From assembly GCA_964582685.1 (NCBI GenBank), contig CAZOTD010000001.1, forward strand, positions 1-32,474: a stretch of 32,474 bases of DNA, given 5' to 3'. Shown one piece after another: positions 19,408-28,079 of this stretch. The notes below the pieces were generated by a model. That model ran no database searches. It worked only from the letters and a program-made list of their open reading frames with translations, and was not told the origin of the DNA. Within the stretch, counting starts at the first letter, position 1, and every line of letters begins with the position of its first letter. A program made the position numbers and the translations under genes. This DNA is from an uncultured Treponema sp. (GTDB lineage: Bacteria > Spirochaetota > Spirochaetia > Treponematales > Treponemataceae).

Positions 19408-19767
19408 CTAGATATAATCCGCCTCGTGAATGTGGGTCAAACCACATTCCATAATCATTGCAACATGATTATCATCTAACGAATATTTCACTTCTTTACC
19501 TTCTTTTGTACCTTTTACAAGTTTTGCATTTCTCAAAACACGAAGTTGATGCGACACAGCAGAAATAGTCATTTCAAGAATTTCAGAAAGTTCACTTACA
19601 TACAAATCTTTGATTTCAAGGCAACTAATTATTTTTGCTCGAGTTGCATCGCCAAAAACTTTGAACAAGTCAGCAAGATTATTAATCGTTTCATCATCTG
19701 GAATTTTCTCCTTTACAATTTTTGACAAAACGCTCTTACTTTCTTTAGACTTTTTTTGTGCAAACAT
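19408..19767 (-). CDS. ArsR/SmtB family metalloregulator, alpha5-site (Zn/Co-sensing) type
   Basis: LADLFKVFGDATR, SAVSHQLRVLR HTH, D-N-H-x10-H-x-x-E alpha5 site; start moved to the ATG at 19767 (GGAG SD) because the track's TTG at 19809 lies inside the operator. Confidence 0.92.
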   Translation of the reverse strand: MFAQKKSKESKSVLSKIVKEKIPDDETINNLADLFKVFGDATRAKIISCLEIKDLYVSELSEILEMTISAVSHQLRVLRNAKLVKGTKEGKEVKYSLDDNHVAMIMECGLTHIHEADYI

Positions 19768-19788
19768 ATGGTGCTCCAAAATATTTTT

Positions 19789-19814
19789 AATACTTGAACG
19801 TTTGTTCAACTATT
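19789..19814. promoter_or_regulatory. SmtB/CzrA-type 12-2-12 operator just downstream of the promoter
   Basis: AATACTTGAACG-TT-TGTTCAACTATT, imperfect inverted repeat with TGAA-N6-TTCA core. Confidence 0.8.
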
Positions 19815-19820
19815 AAAAAT

Positions 19821-19849
19821 ATTATAAATCCACAAATTCATTTTGTCAA
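19821..19849 (-). promoter_or_regulatory. Consensus sigma70 promoter of the metal-efflux operon
   Basis: Minus strand TTGACA (19849-19844), N17, TATAAT (19826-19821). Confidence 0.9.
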
Positions 19850-19853
19850 CAGT

Positions 19854-19867
19854 TGAACAGTTATTCA
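19854..19867. promoter_or_regulatory. Second SmtB-type operator, just upstream of the -35
   Basis: TGAACA-GT-TATTCA 6-2-6 inverted repeat. Confidence 0.8.
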
Positions 19868-20141
19868 ATTATACTTTGAATCGTCTTTCTAATCATTTAC
19901 TTTTTCTAAACGTTAAACGTCACTGATAAAATTTAGCTTTTGCTTTGTTCACTCTTAAAAACTAAAAAATCAAATAATTCTTTTTCTTCTTTTCCTTAAC
20001 TAACACAAGTCAAATTTCTTATCTTACATTTTTTACATTTTTTTTACTTTTTTACAAAAATGCAATTTTTTTTTCTTGCAGAATTTTCAATTCGCTGTAA
20101 ACTTATAATATCAATAAAATTAATTATTAGGAGGAATTTTT

Positions 20142-20633
20142 GTGAAAAAAATTTTTATGCTGGCACTTGTTGCCTTATCTGTTGCTGGAACTGCATTTGC
20201 TAAAACTTATGTAGTTGATATTGCAGATTCTGTTAACGGAAAATCAGTACCAATAAAAAAAGACCCTTATGCTACTGACTATAAAGTTATACCCCCAGTT
20301 GATGTAACTTCTTACTTTGCTGGAGTTAAATTTCAGCCAGGAGATACAATCGAAATTTATTACAACTTTGTTTCTAACCAAAACATTAATAGGTTAGGAA
20401 TTATAGCCATTGATAATTCGGAAATTGCAAACTATTGGACAGTTATTGCAGGTGATTACACCCAAAGTATTGATAATATTAAAGCTGGAGTTCCAATTAA
20501 GGGAGTTATATCACTGAAAGTTGTACAAGCTCCAAAACAAAATATTACAATTCAATTAATGTCAAACGATAAAGTTGACGGAACTATTACATTAACTAAA
20601 ACACCTGGAATAAAAACTGGTTCTTCTAAATAA
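20142..20633 (+). CDS. Secreted hypothetical protein, 163 aa, predicted beta-rich
   Basis: AGGAGG SD before GTG; Sec signal ending AFA; followed by a terminator. Confidence 0.85.
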   Translation: MKKIFMLALVALSVAGTAFAKTYVVDIADSVNGKSVPIKKDPYATDYKVIPPVDVTSYFAGVKFQPGDTIEIYYNFVSNQNINRLGIIAIDNSEIANYWTVIAGDYTQSIDNIKAGVPIKGVISLKVVQAPKQNITIQLMSNDKVDGTITLTKTPGIKTGSSK

Positions 20634-20660
20634 TTAATTTTAGATAATTTACGAAAACTA

Positions 20661-20718
20661 AATAAAAGAGGTTGCCCCGTAAGTAACAAAACTTCAATAA
20701 AGGGCAACCTTTTTTATT
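20661..20718. terminator. Probable bidirectional intrinsic terminator between convergent genes
   Basis: AATAAAAGAGGTTGCCC-N24-GGGCAACCTTTTTTATT; A-tract and T-tract flank the stem. Confidence 0.75.
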
Positions 20719-20774
20719 GCGATTGAATTTATGGCTTTATGCAAATTTTCAACCAACTTTTTTGAAAGTTCAAT

Positions 20775-23700
20775 TTAGAATATATTTATTCGCAATCCTT
20801 CAGAAAACTGGAATATCACATTTTTAATATCCATCGTTGAACTAGAAACATCACTTGGAATAAACCACAATTGAAATTCCGAGTACAATGCAATTGTTCT
20901 AAGTAATTTTGATTTCTTAAATGTTACACGTGGAAATTCCAATTGTCCCAAAATAGCTGAAAGCATCTGTGCTTTTCCACTAGATGTTTCTGTAAATATG
21001 CTAAAATTCGCTCCAAGCGCAAAGCCCATACTTAACCAATCAAAGTTTCGACCAAACAACGCTCTAAATGGAACATGAGCAATATTTGCAAGCAACTTCA
21101 CTCCAAATACATTTCCGCCATAACGAATTTGCGTATCACTAAATATCGCACGCTGAACTTGTGTAAACTGGCCCCACTGAGCTTGCAGTTTTACATTGTC
21201 ATCAAAGAATGAAAGTCCCATTCCAACACTGAATAATGTTGCTCCCCAATATTGTGAATCAAAATACAATCCTTGAATAAATCTAGGCAATTCATAAGAA
21301 GTTTTATCGCCTTTTCTCAATGCAATACTTACTGAATTTAAACCTATAGCATCACTTGCAAGTCCAGAGAACTCAAGTTCTTGATTATAGCGACCGCCAA
21401 TACTTGGAGAAATAATCTTAACAAATGGTGCAGTTTTATCGATTTGAATTACGCATCGATTAATTGCAGTTTCTCCATTTTTGAACACTGCACGAATAAG
21501 CATAAAGTGATAACCTTCTGAAATATCTTCGTTTTCAATTCGGTATTTCCAATTTTTGTTAGAACTAATGCGCTTAAATGTTTTTCCGTTATCAAAACTT
21601 AATTCAATATAACTTACAGCTTTTGTGGCAATAATGTTTTTTTGTGCTTTAGTTGCACCTTTTGATTTTGCTGCATCGATTTCATCTTGACTAATTGAAT
21701 AACCAGCTCGTCCACGAATAATTGGACGATCAAATGCAAATTCACCATAATCAAAATTGTCTACTGTAACCCAAGCTCCAACAGAACTGTACATTATACT
21801 TTGCGTAATCGATTCGACAGAAAAGCCACCTTCAAGATTTGCACGAACTTTATAAGAATGATTTCCATCAGAAAGTTTTTCTCCATTCATCTGGAACTTA
21901 AAATAACTTGTATGTTCACTTGTAAGTACAACTGTTTCAAAATCTCTACCGTCAAGCACAAGTGTTACAGAATTAATTTTTCTCTTTGTTTGAATTTCAC
22001 CATAAATGTTAAATTCGCCAGTTTTATATTCGCCGTTCAGTGGATAATAAATATTTGCTTCCGCTTCTGCAACGCGATTATCAAGTGTTATGTTTCGGCT
22101 TATGCTTGCAATATTGTCAGCGGCATCTTTTCCTGTAACTTGAATATTGTAACGCCCATTTGGAAGTCCACTAATATCAATTGATGTTGTAATAATTCTA
22201 TCTGGAACAAGCTCTGTTCTTGCAAGGTTTGGATTTACAGTTCTTCCATCAAGACTTGTAACAGTTATGTACAAATCTGTCAAACCAATATTGTCAATTG
22301 TATAACCAGAGAAAAATATCAAACCTGTTGTTTTTGATTCATCAAGTGGAAATTCAAGAGAAAGTTCTGGAGGAGTATTATCGATGTTAATAATGCTTGC
22401 ATAAAAACCTTCAATTCCATAATTATCAGTCGCTTTTACAAAAATTGAATGAGTTCCATCAGGAATTGCACGAGAATCATATTGATATGACCAACGTCCT
22501 TTTCCAGAAGCATCGTTCCAAGAAACTCCATTATCAAGAGAAATCTGAACTTTATCAATTCCGTTTCGATCGCTTGCAGTTCCAGAAATTACAGAAAGTT
22601 TGCTATGAGCACTTTCAAGTCTTGGAGATTCCAAAACTACTTCTGGTTCAGCAAGCGAAACTCTAAAATTCCTTACATATTCAGGTCCACGCACACCGTT
22701 AATATCAACACTGTACACTGTAATCGAATGTTCATTATCTGTAAGTGAACTCAAAGGAACTTCCACATTAAAGTTATATCCAGTTCCTTCAATTTGCGTA
22801 TATCGACCATTATCAATTCTATAATAAACAGTACTTGGTCCATCATCATCTATCACAGTTCCAGAAATAATAAAGTCCTTTGTAATTACTTCGTTATCAA
22901 TAGGAAGGTGAATTGTCGCAATAGGAAGATCTGAATTACTATCAACAACAAAATCCCAAGAATTGATTGTCGTAACATTTCCTGCCGAATCTGTAAAATC
23001 AAATCTCATTGTAGAACTAATTGGCATTTCGGTTGTTCCAACAATTGTGTTCGGCATTGAAGTATTTTCAAGCGGAATTCTTCTTCCTGTCGCATTTGAT
23101 ACATATTCGATGCGTTCTAAGTTTCCTTCATCTTTTGCCAAGAATGCAATCACATTTATTCCATTAATTGTATTTTCTGCAATTGGAACGATAACTTCTA
23201 CAGATGGAGCTATTGTATCTTTCTGAACGGACGTTCTTGAATAAGAAATATTGCCAGAAATATCTGTTGCACGAATATCAACTGTAATTAAGCCATCTTC
23301 CAGATTTGTAATTGTTTCTTCTGCATAAAGTGCAAAAGAAGTTCTTCGCCTTGGAGTGCCAAACGATTTCCAATTTTCGCCATTATCAAGTGAATATTCA
23401 ACAGAATCAATTCCTGTAGCACTATTTGCAGTTCCAGAAATTACAAGTCGGTTTCTAACCCATTCATATAAAGCAGGACGTTGAATTGAAAATGAAGTTC
23501 CTTGATTATCAAAAATCAAAGTTACAGGAGCAAAATCAACTCTCGCGCCATTTTCGTCAGTCGCTCGAACAACAACACCATAATAAGCACCAGCACGAGT
23601 TGCAGTAATTGTTACGGCTTTTCCTTGAGAAGAAACTTCAAGTCCAGGAAAATTTCCAACAAAAGTTGCTGTTACATCTGAACCAAGATTTGCAATGCCA

Positions 23701-25991
23701 GAAAGTTTTGCAGAACTTCCAAGAACAAAACCAGAAATTGTGTTGTCATAAACAGTATCTTCTGTAGAAAGCCACTGAGCGATACGTTCGTCATTAATAT
23801 CATCACTAGCAATTTCTCGAATTATGCCAATTTGAGCATAACATTTCGAAGAATAATTTTTTCCACTAGCAGTAATTTCCACAGTTACCATTCCGGCAGG
23901 AAGATTATTAAGAGGAATAAAAGCAGTTCCGTTGCCAGAATTTTTATCTGGGCGAGTTACAGAGGATTTACCTTCTATAAGTGGTTTTGCGCCTTGTGCC
24001 ATAGAGGTAAATATTTTATATGAAATCGCAATATCTTTTTCTGCGGAAGTAAGTTCAAGTTTCATTCCGATTGGAACAGTTTTTTCGTTGACATTTTTAT
24101 CTTTGTTCCAACGAGCGATTGTTGATTTTGAATTTGAAGGAACAAGAACATTCATTGCACGAGAATATGATTTGTCAGCAACTTCTAAAATTTTTAAGTT
24201 TACTCGCTCATCATTAATTTCGCTTACAAGTGAATTATCAGGAAGTTCAATTACTTTAGTAAGATTTTGAACATAAAGTGCTGTCGCATAATTTGAAACA
24301 CGATTTGCAACATCTACAACCCTAAAAGTAAGATGAACCATTCCCCAAGGAAGAGTTTCTACAGGAATTGAAAATGGAACTCGGGTAATAGGATTTTTAA
24401 GTTCGATTGTTTTTTCTTCTCGTCGCCGTTCATCAGAAATTCCAAATCTATCTGCCGACCATTCTATTGTATAAGACGCTTCTTTAATTCCCGAAAGAGA
24501 AGTCGCAGCAAGTTCAAAAACTGAACCACTTTCTGGACTTACAATTTTGCCGAATGTTGCATCGCCTACATCACTTCTGCTTCGAAGTATCGGCGAAGAA
24601 AATTTTGGTTTTGTGCCAATTGAAAAATATTCAATTTTTGTTTCTTTACCTTGAACTCCGTAACGGTCAATTGCACTTACGCTTACAAAATGTTTTCCAT
24701 AAGTCATAAATTTTTCATCTTGAAGAACTAAATTGAATACGCCGCGAGTTTCAATTGGTTCAAAAACTGTTCCGTCTACTGCAATTTTTACAGAAGCAAC
24801 AGCGTCATCATCTTTTGCAATTCCGCGAATAAAAAACTCGCCATCTTTTAATTGGCTTGCTTGCTTTGGCCATTGAATTTGAACAATCGGTTTATCGAGT
24901 TCAGAATTAATATTTATTTGCCGTTCTTTTTTTGTTATGTTCCCTGCGACATCAATTGCAGTGATTACAAGTTTTCCGTTTTTGGTTGCATTAAATTCTT
25001 TTGACCAATAATTATTTCCAGGAATAATTTCAAAATCTCCTTTTTCGCCGTTAAATTCCCAAGAAAGTGATTTTAAACCAATTGCATCACGTGCACTTCC
25101 GGCAGCAGTAAAAGTACCATTTTCAATTTCTTTTTCACGCGGATATGCAATTTCGACAAATGGTTTTGTGTTATCAATAAAGCAAACAAAAGAATAATAG
25201 CCAAATGAACCTTGCATATCAGTAGCTTTAAACCAAACTACAGTCGGCCCATCTTTCATTTTCTTTGTATCAAATGAAATACTAAAATTTGCAGTATTTG
25301 TTTTTTTGTTATTTGAAACTTTTACATTCGTAAAAGTCGTTCCATTATCAAAAGAATAAGCCATTGATGCAATTCCATTGCCGTCAGAAATAACACCTTT
25401 GAGATTTACAGTTCCGGAAACAATTGAACCACTTCCAATATTTGTTATTTCTGTTACAGGCGTTTGCCTATCGAGAATCCAAGAAGTTTTACTCGATTTT
25501 CCTTTTAGTCCATTTACATCAACGCCATAAACTTCAATTGTGTGCAAACCTTCTTCCATGCCTTCTGTACTCAAAAAATATTGCCAAAATTCTTTTCCGC
25601 TTGCACGAACAGGTTTATCTATATTTCCGTCGAGAATCAATTCAACATATTGGACAGCGTCATCATCAATGCACGAACCTACGATGTTAAGATTTCCAGA
25701 AACATTCATTCCCGAAACAGGATTTGTAATTCTTGTAATAGGAAGGTCAGATTTTTCATCGATGAAAATATTAAAAGGACCACCATACGTTGTGTTGCCA
25801 CCAAAGTCAGTTGCAGTTACGATGACATTGTATTTTCCATTTTTTGAACTAATGTCAAACTTTTCGCGCCAACTGTCCATTTTTTCTAGATTCAGCTCTG
25901 TAACATCTCTTGCAAAAATACAAAAACTAGAAGTCATTGCAAATATACAAATGCCAATCAATACCTTTTTAAGATTATACCCTCGTTCCAT
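20775..25991 (-). CDS. Giant secreted protein with tandem bacterial Ig-like repeats and a C-terminal predicted outer-membrane beta-barrel
   Basis: Sec signal; recurring D-x-x-P-x-x-x-I-x-x-P ... G-x-A-x-D-x-x-G ... A-x-D-x-x-G-N units; amphipathic C-terminal strands ending LRINIF; start taken as the ATG at 25991 after GAAGG (track gives TTG at 26006). Confidence 0.85.
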   Translation of the reverse strand: MERGYNLKKVLIGICIFAMTSSFCIFARDVTELNLEKMDSWREKFDISSKNGKYNVIVTATDFGGNTTYGGPFNIFIDEKSDLPITRITNPVSGMNVSGNLNIVGSCIDDDAVQYVELILDGNIDKPVRASGKEFWQYFLSTEGMEEGLHTIEVYGVDVNGLKGKSSKTSWILDRQTPVTEITNIGSGSIVSGTVNLKGVISDGNGIASMAYSFDNGTTFTNVKVSNNKKTNTANFSISFDTKKMKDGPTVVWFKATDMQGSFGYYSFVCFIDNTKPFVEIAYPREKEIENGTFTAAGSARDAIGLKSLSWEFNGEKGDFEIIPGNNYWSKEFNATKNGKLVITAIDVAGNITKKERQININSELDKPIVQIQWPKQASQLKDGEFFIRGIAKDDDAVASVKIAVDGTVFEPIETRGVFNLVLQDEKFMTYGKHFVSVSAIDRYGVQGKETKIEYFSIGTKPKFSSPILRSRSDVGDATFGKIVSPESGSVFELAATSLSGIKEASYTIEWSADRFGISDERRREEKTIELKNPITRVPFSIPVETLPWGMVHLTFRVVDVANRVSNYATALYVQNLTKVIELPDNSLVSEINDERVNLKILEVADKSYSRAMNVLVPSNSKSTIARWNKDKNVNEKTVPIGMKLELTSAEKDIAISYKIFTSMAQGAKPLIEGKSSVTRPDKNSGNGTAFIPLNNLPAGMVTVEITASGKNYSSKCYAQIGIIREIASDDINDERIAQWLSTEDTVYDNTISGFVLGSSAKLSGIANLGSDVTATFVGNFPGLEVSSQGKAVTITATRAGAYYGVVVRATDENGARVDFAPVTLIFDNQGTSFSIQRPALYEWVRNRLVISGTANSATGIDSVEYSLDNGENWKSFGTPRRRTSFALYAEETITNLEDGLITVDIRATDISGNISYSRTSVQKDTIAPSVEVIVPIAENTINGINVIAFLAKDEGNLERIEYVSNATGRRIPLENTSMPNTIVGTTEMPISSTMRFDFTDSAGNVTTINSWDFVVDSNSDLPIATIHLPIDNEVITKDFIISGTVIDDDGPSTVYYRIDNGRYTQIEGTGYNFNVEVPLSSLTDNEHSITVYSVDINGVRGPEYVRNFRVSLAEPEVVLESPRLESAHSKLSVISGTASDRNGIDKVQISLDNGVSWNDASGKGRWSYQYDSRAIPDGTHSIFVKATDNYGIEGFYASIINIDNTPPELSLEFPLDESKTTGLIFFSGYTIDNIGLTDLYITVTSLDGRTVNPNLARTELVPDRIITTSIDISGLPNGRYNIQVTGKDAADNIASISRNITLDNRVAEAEANIYYPLNGEYKTGEFNIYGEIQTKRKINSVTLVLDGRDFETVVLTSEHTSYFKFQMNGEKLSDGNHSYKVRANLEGGFSVESITQSIMYSSVGAWVTVDNFDYGEFAFDRPIIRGRAGYSISQDEIDAAKSKGATKAQKNIIATKAVSYIELSFDNGKTFKRISSNKNWKYRIENEDISEGYHFMLIRAVFKNGETAINRCVIQIDKTAPFVKIISPSIGGRYNQELEFSGLASDAIGLNSVSIALRKGDKTSYELPRFIQGLYFDSQYWGATLFSVGMGLSFFDDNVKLQAQWGQFTQVQRAIFSDTQIRYGGNVFGVKLLANIAHVPFRALFGRNFDWLSMGFALGANFSIFTETSSGKAQMLSAILGQLEFPRVTFKKSKLLRTIALYSEFQLWFIPSDVSSSTMDIKNVIFQFSEGLRINIF

Positions 25992-26301
25992 AAAACCTTC
26001 CTTCAAAAGCTAGAACAAGCAAATTAGACTAGAATCGTCGCCCACTAGAAACTTTGTGCACCTATAACGCACTAGTTACGAATATGCGCTCGCTGTCGGT
26101 TCCAAATTTGCAAAGTACTGTTTTTGTGCACGAAAGTGCCATTTTAGCGACCGCTTTTAAACGTTCATTGACAACTTTCAGCAAGTTACAAGCATAATTA
26201 TAACTCAATATAAAAATTCTGCTACTTTTTTCATAATAAATTTAGTTCATATTGATTAGCAAAAGAGAGATATGATATTTGAGCAGAAAAAGCCATTTTA
26301 T

Positions 26302-26330
26302 ATATCGGCAAGTTATGTGCTAAAGATTAG
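26302..26330 (-). promoter_or_regulatory. Putative sigma28 (FliA/SigD-type) promoter CTAAT-N16-GCCGATAT
   Basis: Minus strand CTAAT 26330-26326 and GCCGATAT 26309-26302, intergenic, pointing at the Ig-repeat gene. Confidence 0.5.
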
Positions 26331-26354
26331 TGTTAAAAATTTTACAGTTTTTAT

Positions 26355-27320
26355 TTATTCTTGAATGAGAATATCGTAAATACGATCTAAATCTGTGCGG
26401 CTAAAAAAATCAATTACAAGGGAACCGCGATTTAAATTTCCTTTCATCGAAACTTTAGTTCCAAGTGCATTGATGAATTTTTGTTCTAAAGCGATTATGT
26501 CGGGATCTCGTTCATCTTTTTGTTGAGCAGATGATTTTTCTTTTTTAACGACACGACCTTCGTTTAAAACCTTTGCAAGTTCTTCGGCTTTTCGAACAGA
26601 TAAAGTTTCTCCTACGATTTTGCCAAAAAGTGTGCGCTGATTTGCAGGACTATCAACAGAAAGAATTGCTCGAGCATGACCTGCAGAAATCTGCCCGGTC
26701 GTCAAAGAATTTTGCATATCTACAGGAAGTTTAAGAAGACGAAGAGCATTTGCTACGGTTGAACGCTGTTTGCCAACTCTTTTTGCAACTTCATCTTGTG
26801 TCAAACCACTTAATTCCATTAATTTGTAATATGCTTGTGCTTCTTCAATTGCGTTTAAATCTGCACGCTGAATATTTTCGATAAGTGCGACTTCAAGTTT
26901 TTTTTCGTCGGAATATTTTTTTAATTGAACAGGAATTTTTTCAAGACCGACAATTAAAGCGGCACGAGTTCTGCGCTCTCCAGCTATAATATAAAATGAA
27001 CCATCGCCTGCATCTTCAATTGTAATTGGTTGCAAAACACCGTGCTCACGAATTGAATCTGCAAGTTCATTCAATTGTTCTTCAGAAAAAGTTGTACGAG
27101 GTTGATGTGGATTTGGTTTTAATTTTTTTGGATCTACCCAAAGCGTTCCAGCTTCATCGGATTCAATACCGTTAGGCAATGTTCCTATTTCTGAAATAGT
27201 TTTTGATTTAGAAGAAGTTTTCTTTTCTGGTTTTGTGGATACAACCACTGTTTCTTCTTCTGGCAGACTTGATTCCATTAATGCATCAAGCCCACGCCCT
27301 AATGCTTTTTTCTTAGCCAC
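26355..27320 (-). CDS. parB: Chromosome partitioning protein ParB (Spo0J family)
   Basis: ALGRGLDAL N-terminus, NPHQPR, AGERRTRA arginine patch, ENIQR, HTH GKQRSTVANALRLL, SAGHARA; GTG start overlaps the parA stop. Confidence 0.97.
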   Translation of the reverse strand: MAKKKALGRGLDALMESSLPEEETVVVSTKPEKKTSSKSKTISEIGTLPNGIESDEAGTLWVDPKKLKPNPHQPRTTFSEEQLNELADSIREHGVLQPITIEDAGDGSFYIIAGERRTRAALIVGLEKIPVQLKKYSDEKKLEVALIENIQRADLNAIEEAQAYYKLMELSGLTQDEVAKRVGKQRSTVANALRLLKLPVDMQNSLTTGQISAGHARAILSVDSPANQRTLFGKIVGETLSVRKAEELAKVLNEGRVVKKEKSSAQQKDERDPDIIALEQKFINALGTKVSMKGNLNRGSLVIDFFSRTDLDRIYDILIQE

Positions 27321-28071
27321 GTAAAATTACCTCTTGTGCAAGTTTTTCATAACTTTTTGCTCCGGCACATTCTGGGTCGTATTTACAGATAGGCAATCCA
27401 TGAGAAGGTGCTTCTGATAAACGCACATTTCTTGGAATAATTGTATTAAATACGGTATCCTTAAAATATGACTTAACTTGAAGAACAACATCTTGTGCAA
27501 GGCGTGTTCTTGAATCGTACATCGTAAAAAAAATGCCACCGATTATAAGATCGGGATTATGTGTTTTTTGAACTTTTTGAACACCTTGAAGCAAAAGCGT
27601 AATTCCTTCAAGTGCAAAATATTCACATTGCATAGGAACTAAAACTGCATCAGCGGCAACAAGTCCGTTCAAAGTTAAAATACCAAGCGATGGTGGACAA
27701 TCAATAAAAATATAATCGTACTTTGGTTTTAATGGCTCAAGTGCATCTTTAAGAAAGTATTCCCGACGTTCTTGATCAACAAGTTCAATCGCAGCACCAG
27801 ACAAATCAAGAGAAGCTGAAATTATATCAAGAGACTTTATCATAGTGTGCTTTACAGTTTCTTCAGGTTTTGCAAGTCCACTAATCAATTCGTATACTGT
27901 GGGTTTATCTTTTGGTGATACTCCTACTCCACTTGACATATTTGCTTGTGAGTCAAAATCTACAAGAAGAACTTTTTTGCCAGCAAGGGCAATATAAGCA
28001 CCGATATTTATTGCAGATGTTGTTTTTCCAACTCCACCTTTTTGATTTACAAATACAAATGTTTTAGTCAT
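27313..28071 (-). CDS. parA: Chromosome partitioning ATPase ParA (Soj family)
   Basis: NQKGGVGKTT deviant Walker A, IDCPPSLG, QCEYFALEG, IPRNVRLSEAPSHG. Confidence 0.97.
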   Translation of the reverse strand: MTKTFVFVNQKGGVGKTTSAINIGAYIALAGKKVLLVDFDSQANMSSGVGVSPKDKPTVYELISGLAKPEETVKHTMIKSLDIISASLDLSGAAIELVDQERREYFLKDALEPLKPKYDYIFIDCPPSLGILTLNGLVAADAVLVPMQCEYFALEGITLLLQGVQKVQKTHNPDLIIGGIFFTMYDSRTRLAQDVVLQVKSYFKDTVFNTIIPRNVRLSEAPSHGLPICKYDPECAGAKSYEKLAQEVILRG

Positions 28072-28079
28072 AACAATAA

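Noticed and set aside
21580-25360. S-x-DNG-x-x-W/F motifs suggesting a BNR-repeat sialidase
   Set aside because: They are widely spaced, each inside an Ig-like unit, and I saw no sialidase RIP motif
26127-26141. Minus-strand TGGCAC...TGCA resembling a sigma54 -24/-12 promoter
   Set aside because: GG and GC are separated by 9 nt rather than the required 10
26168-26198. Plus-strand TTGACA ... CATAAT promoter
   Set aside because: Spacer is 19 nt and no plus-strand gene follows
944-28071. mnmE plus parAB suggesting the replication origin is here
   Set aside because: No dnaA, rpmH, yidC or mnmG and no cluster of DnaA boxes seen; the genes are about 24 kb apart
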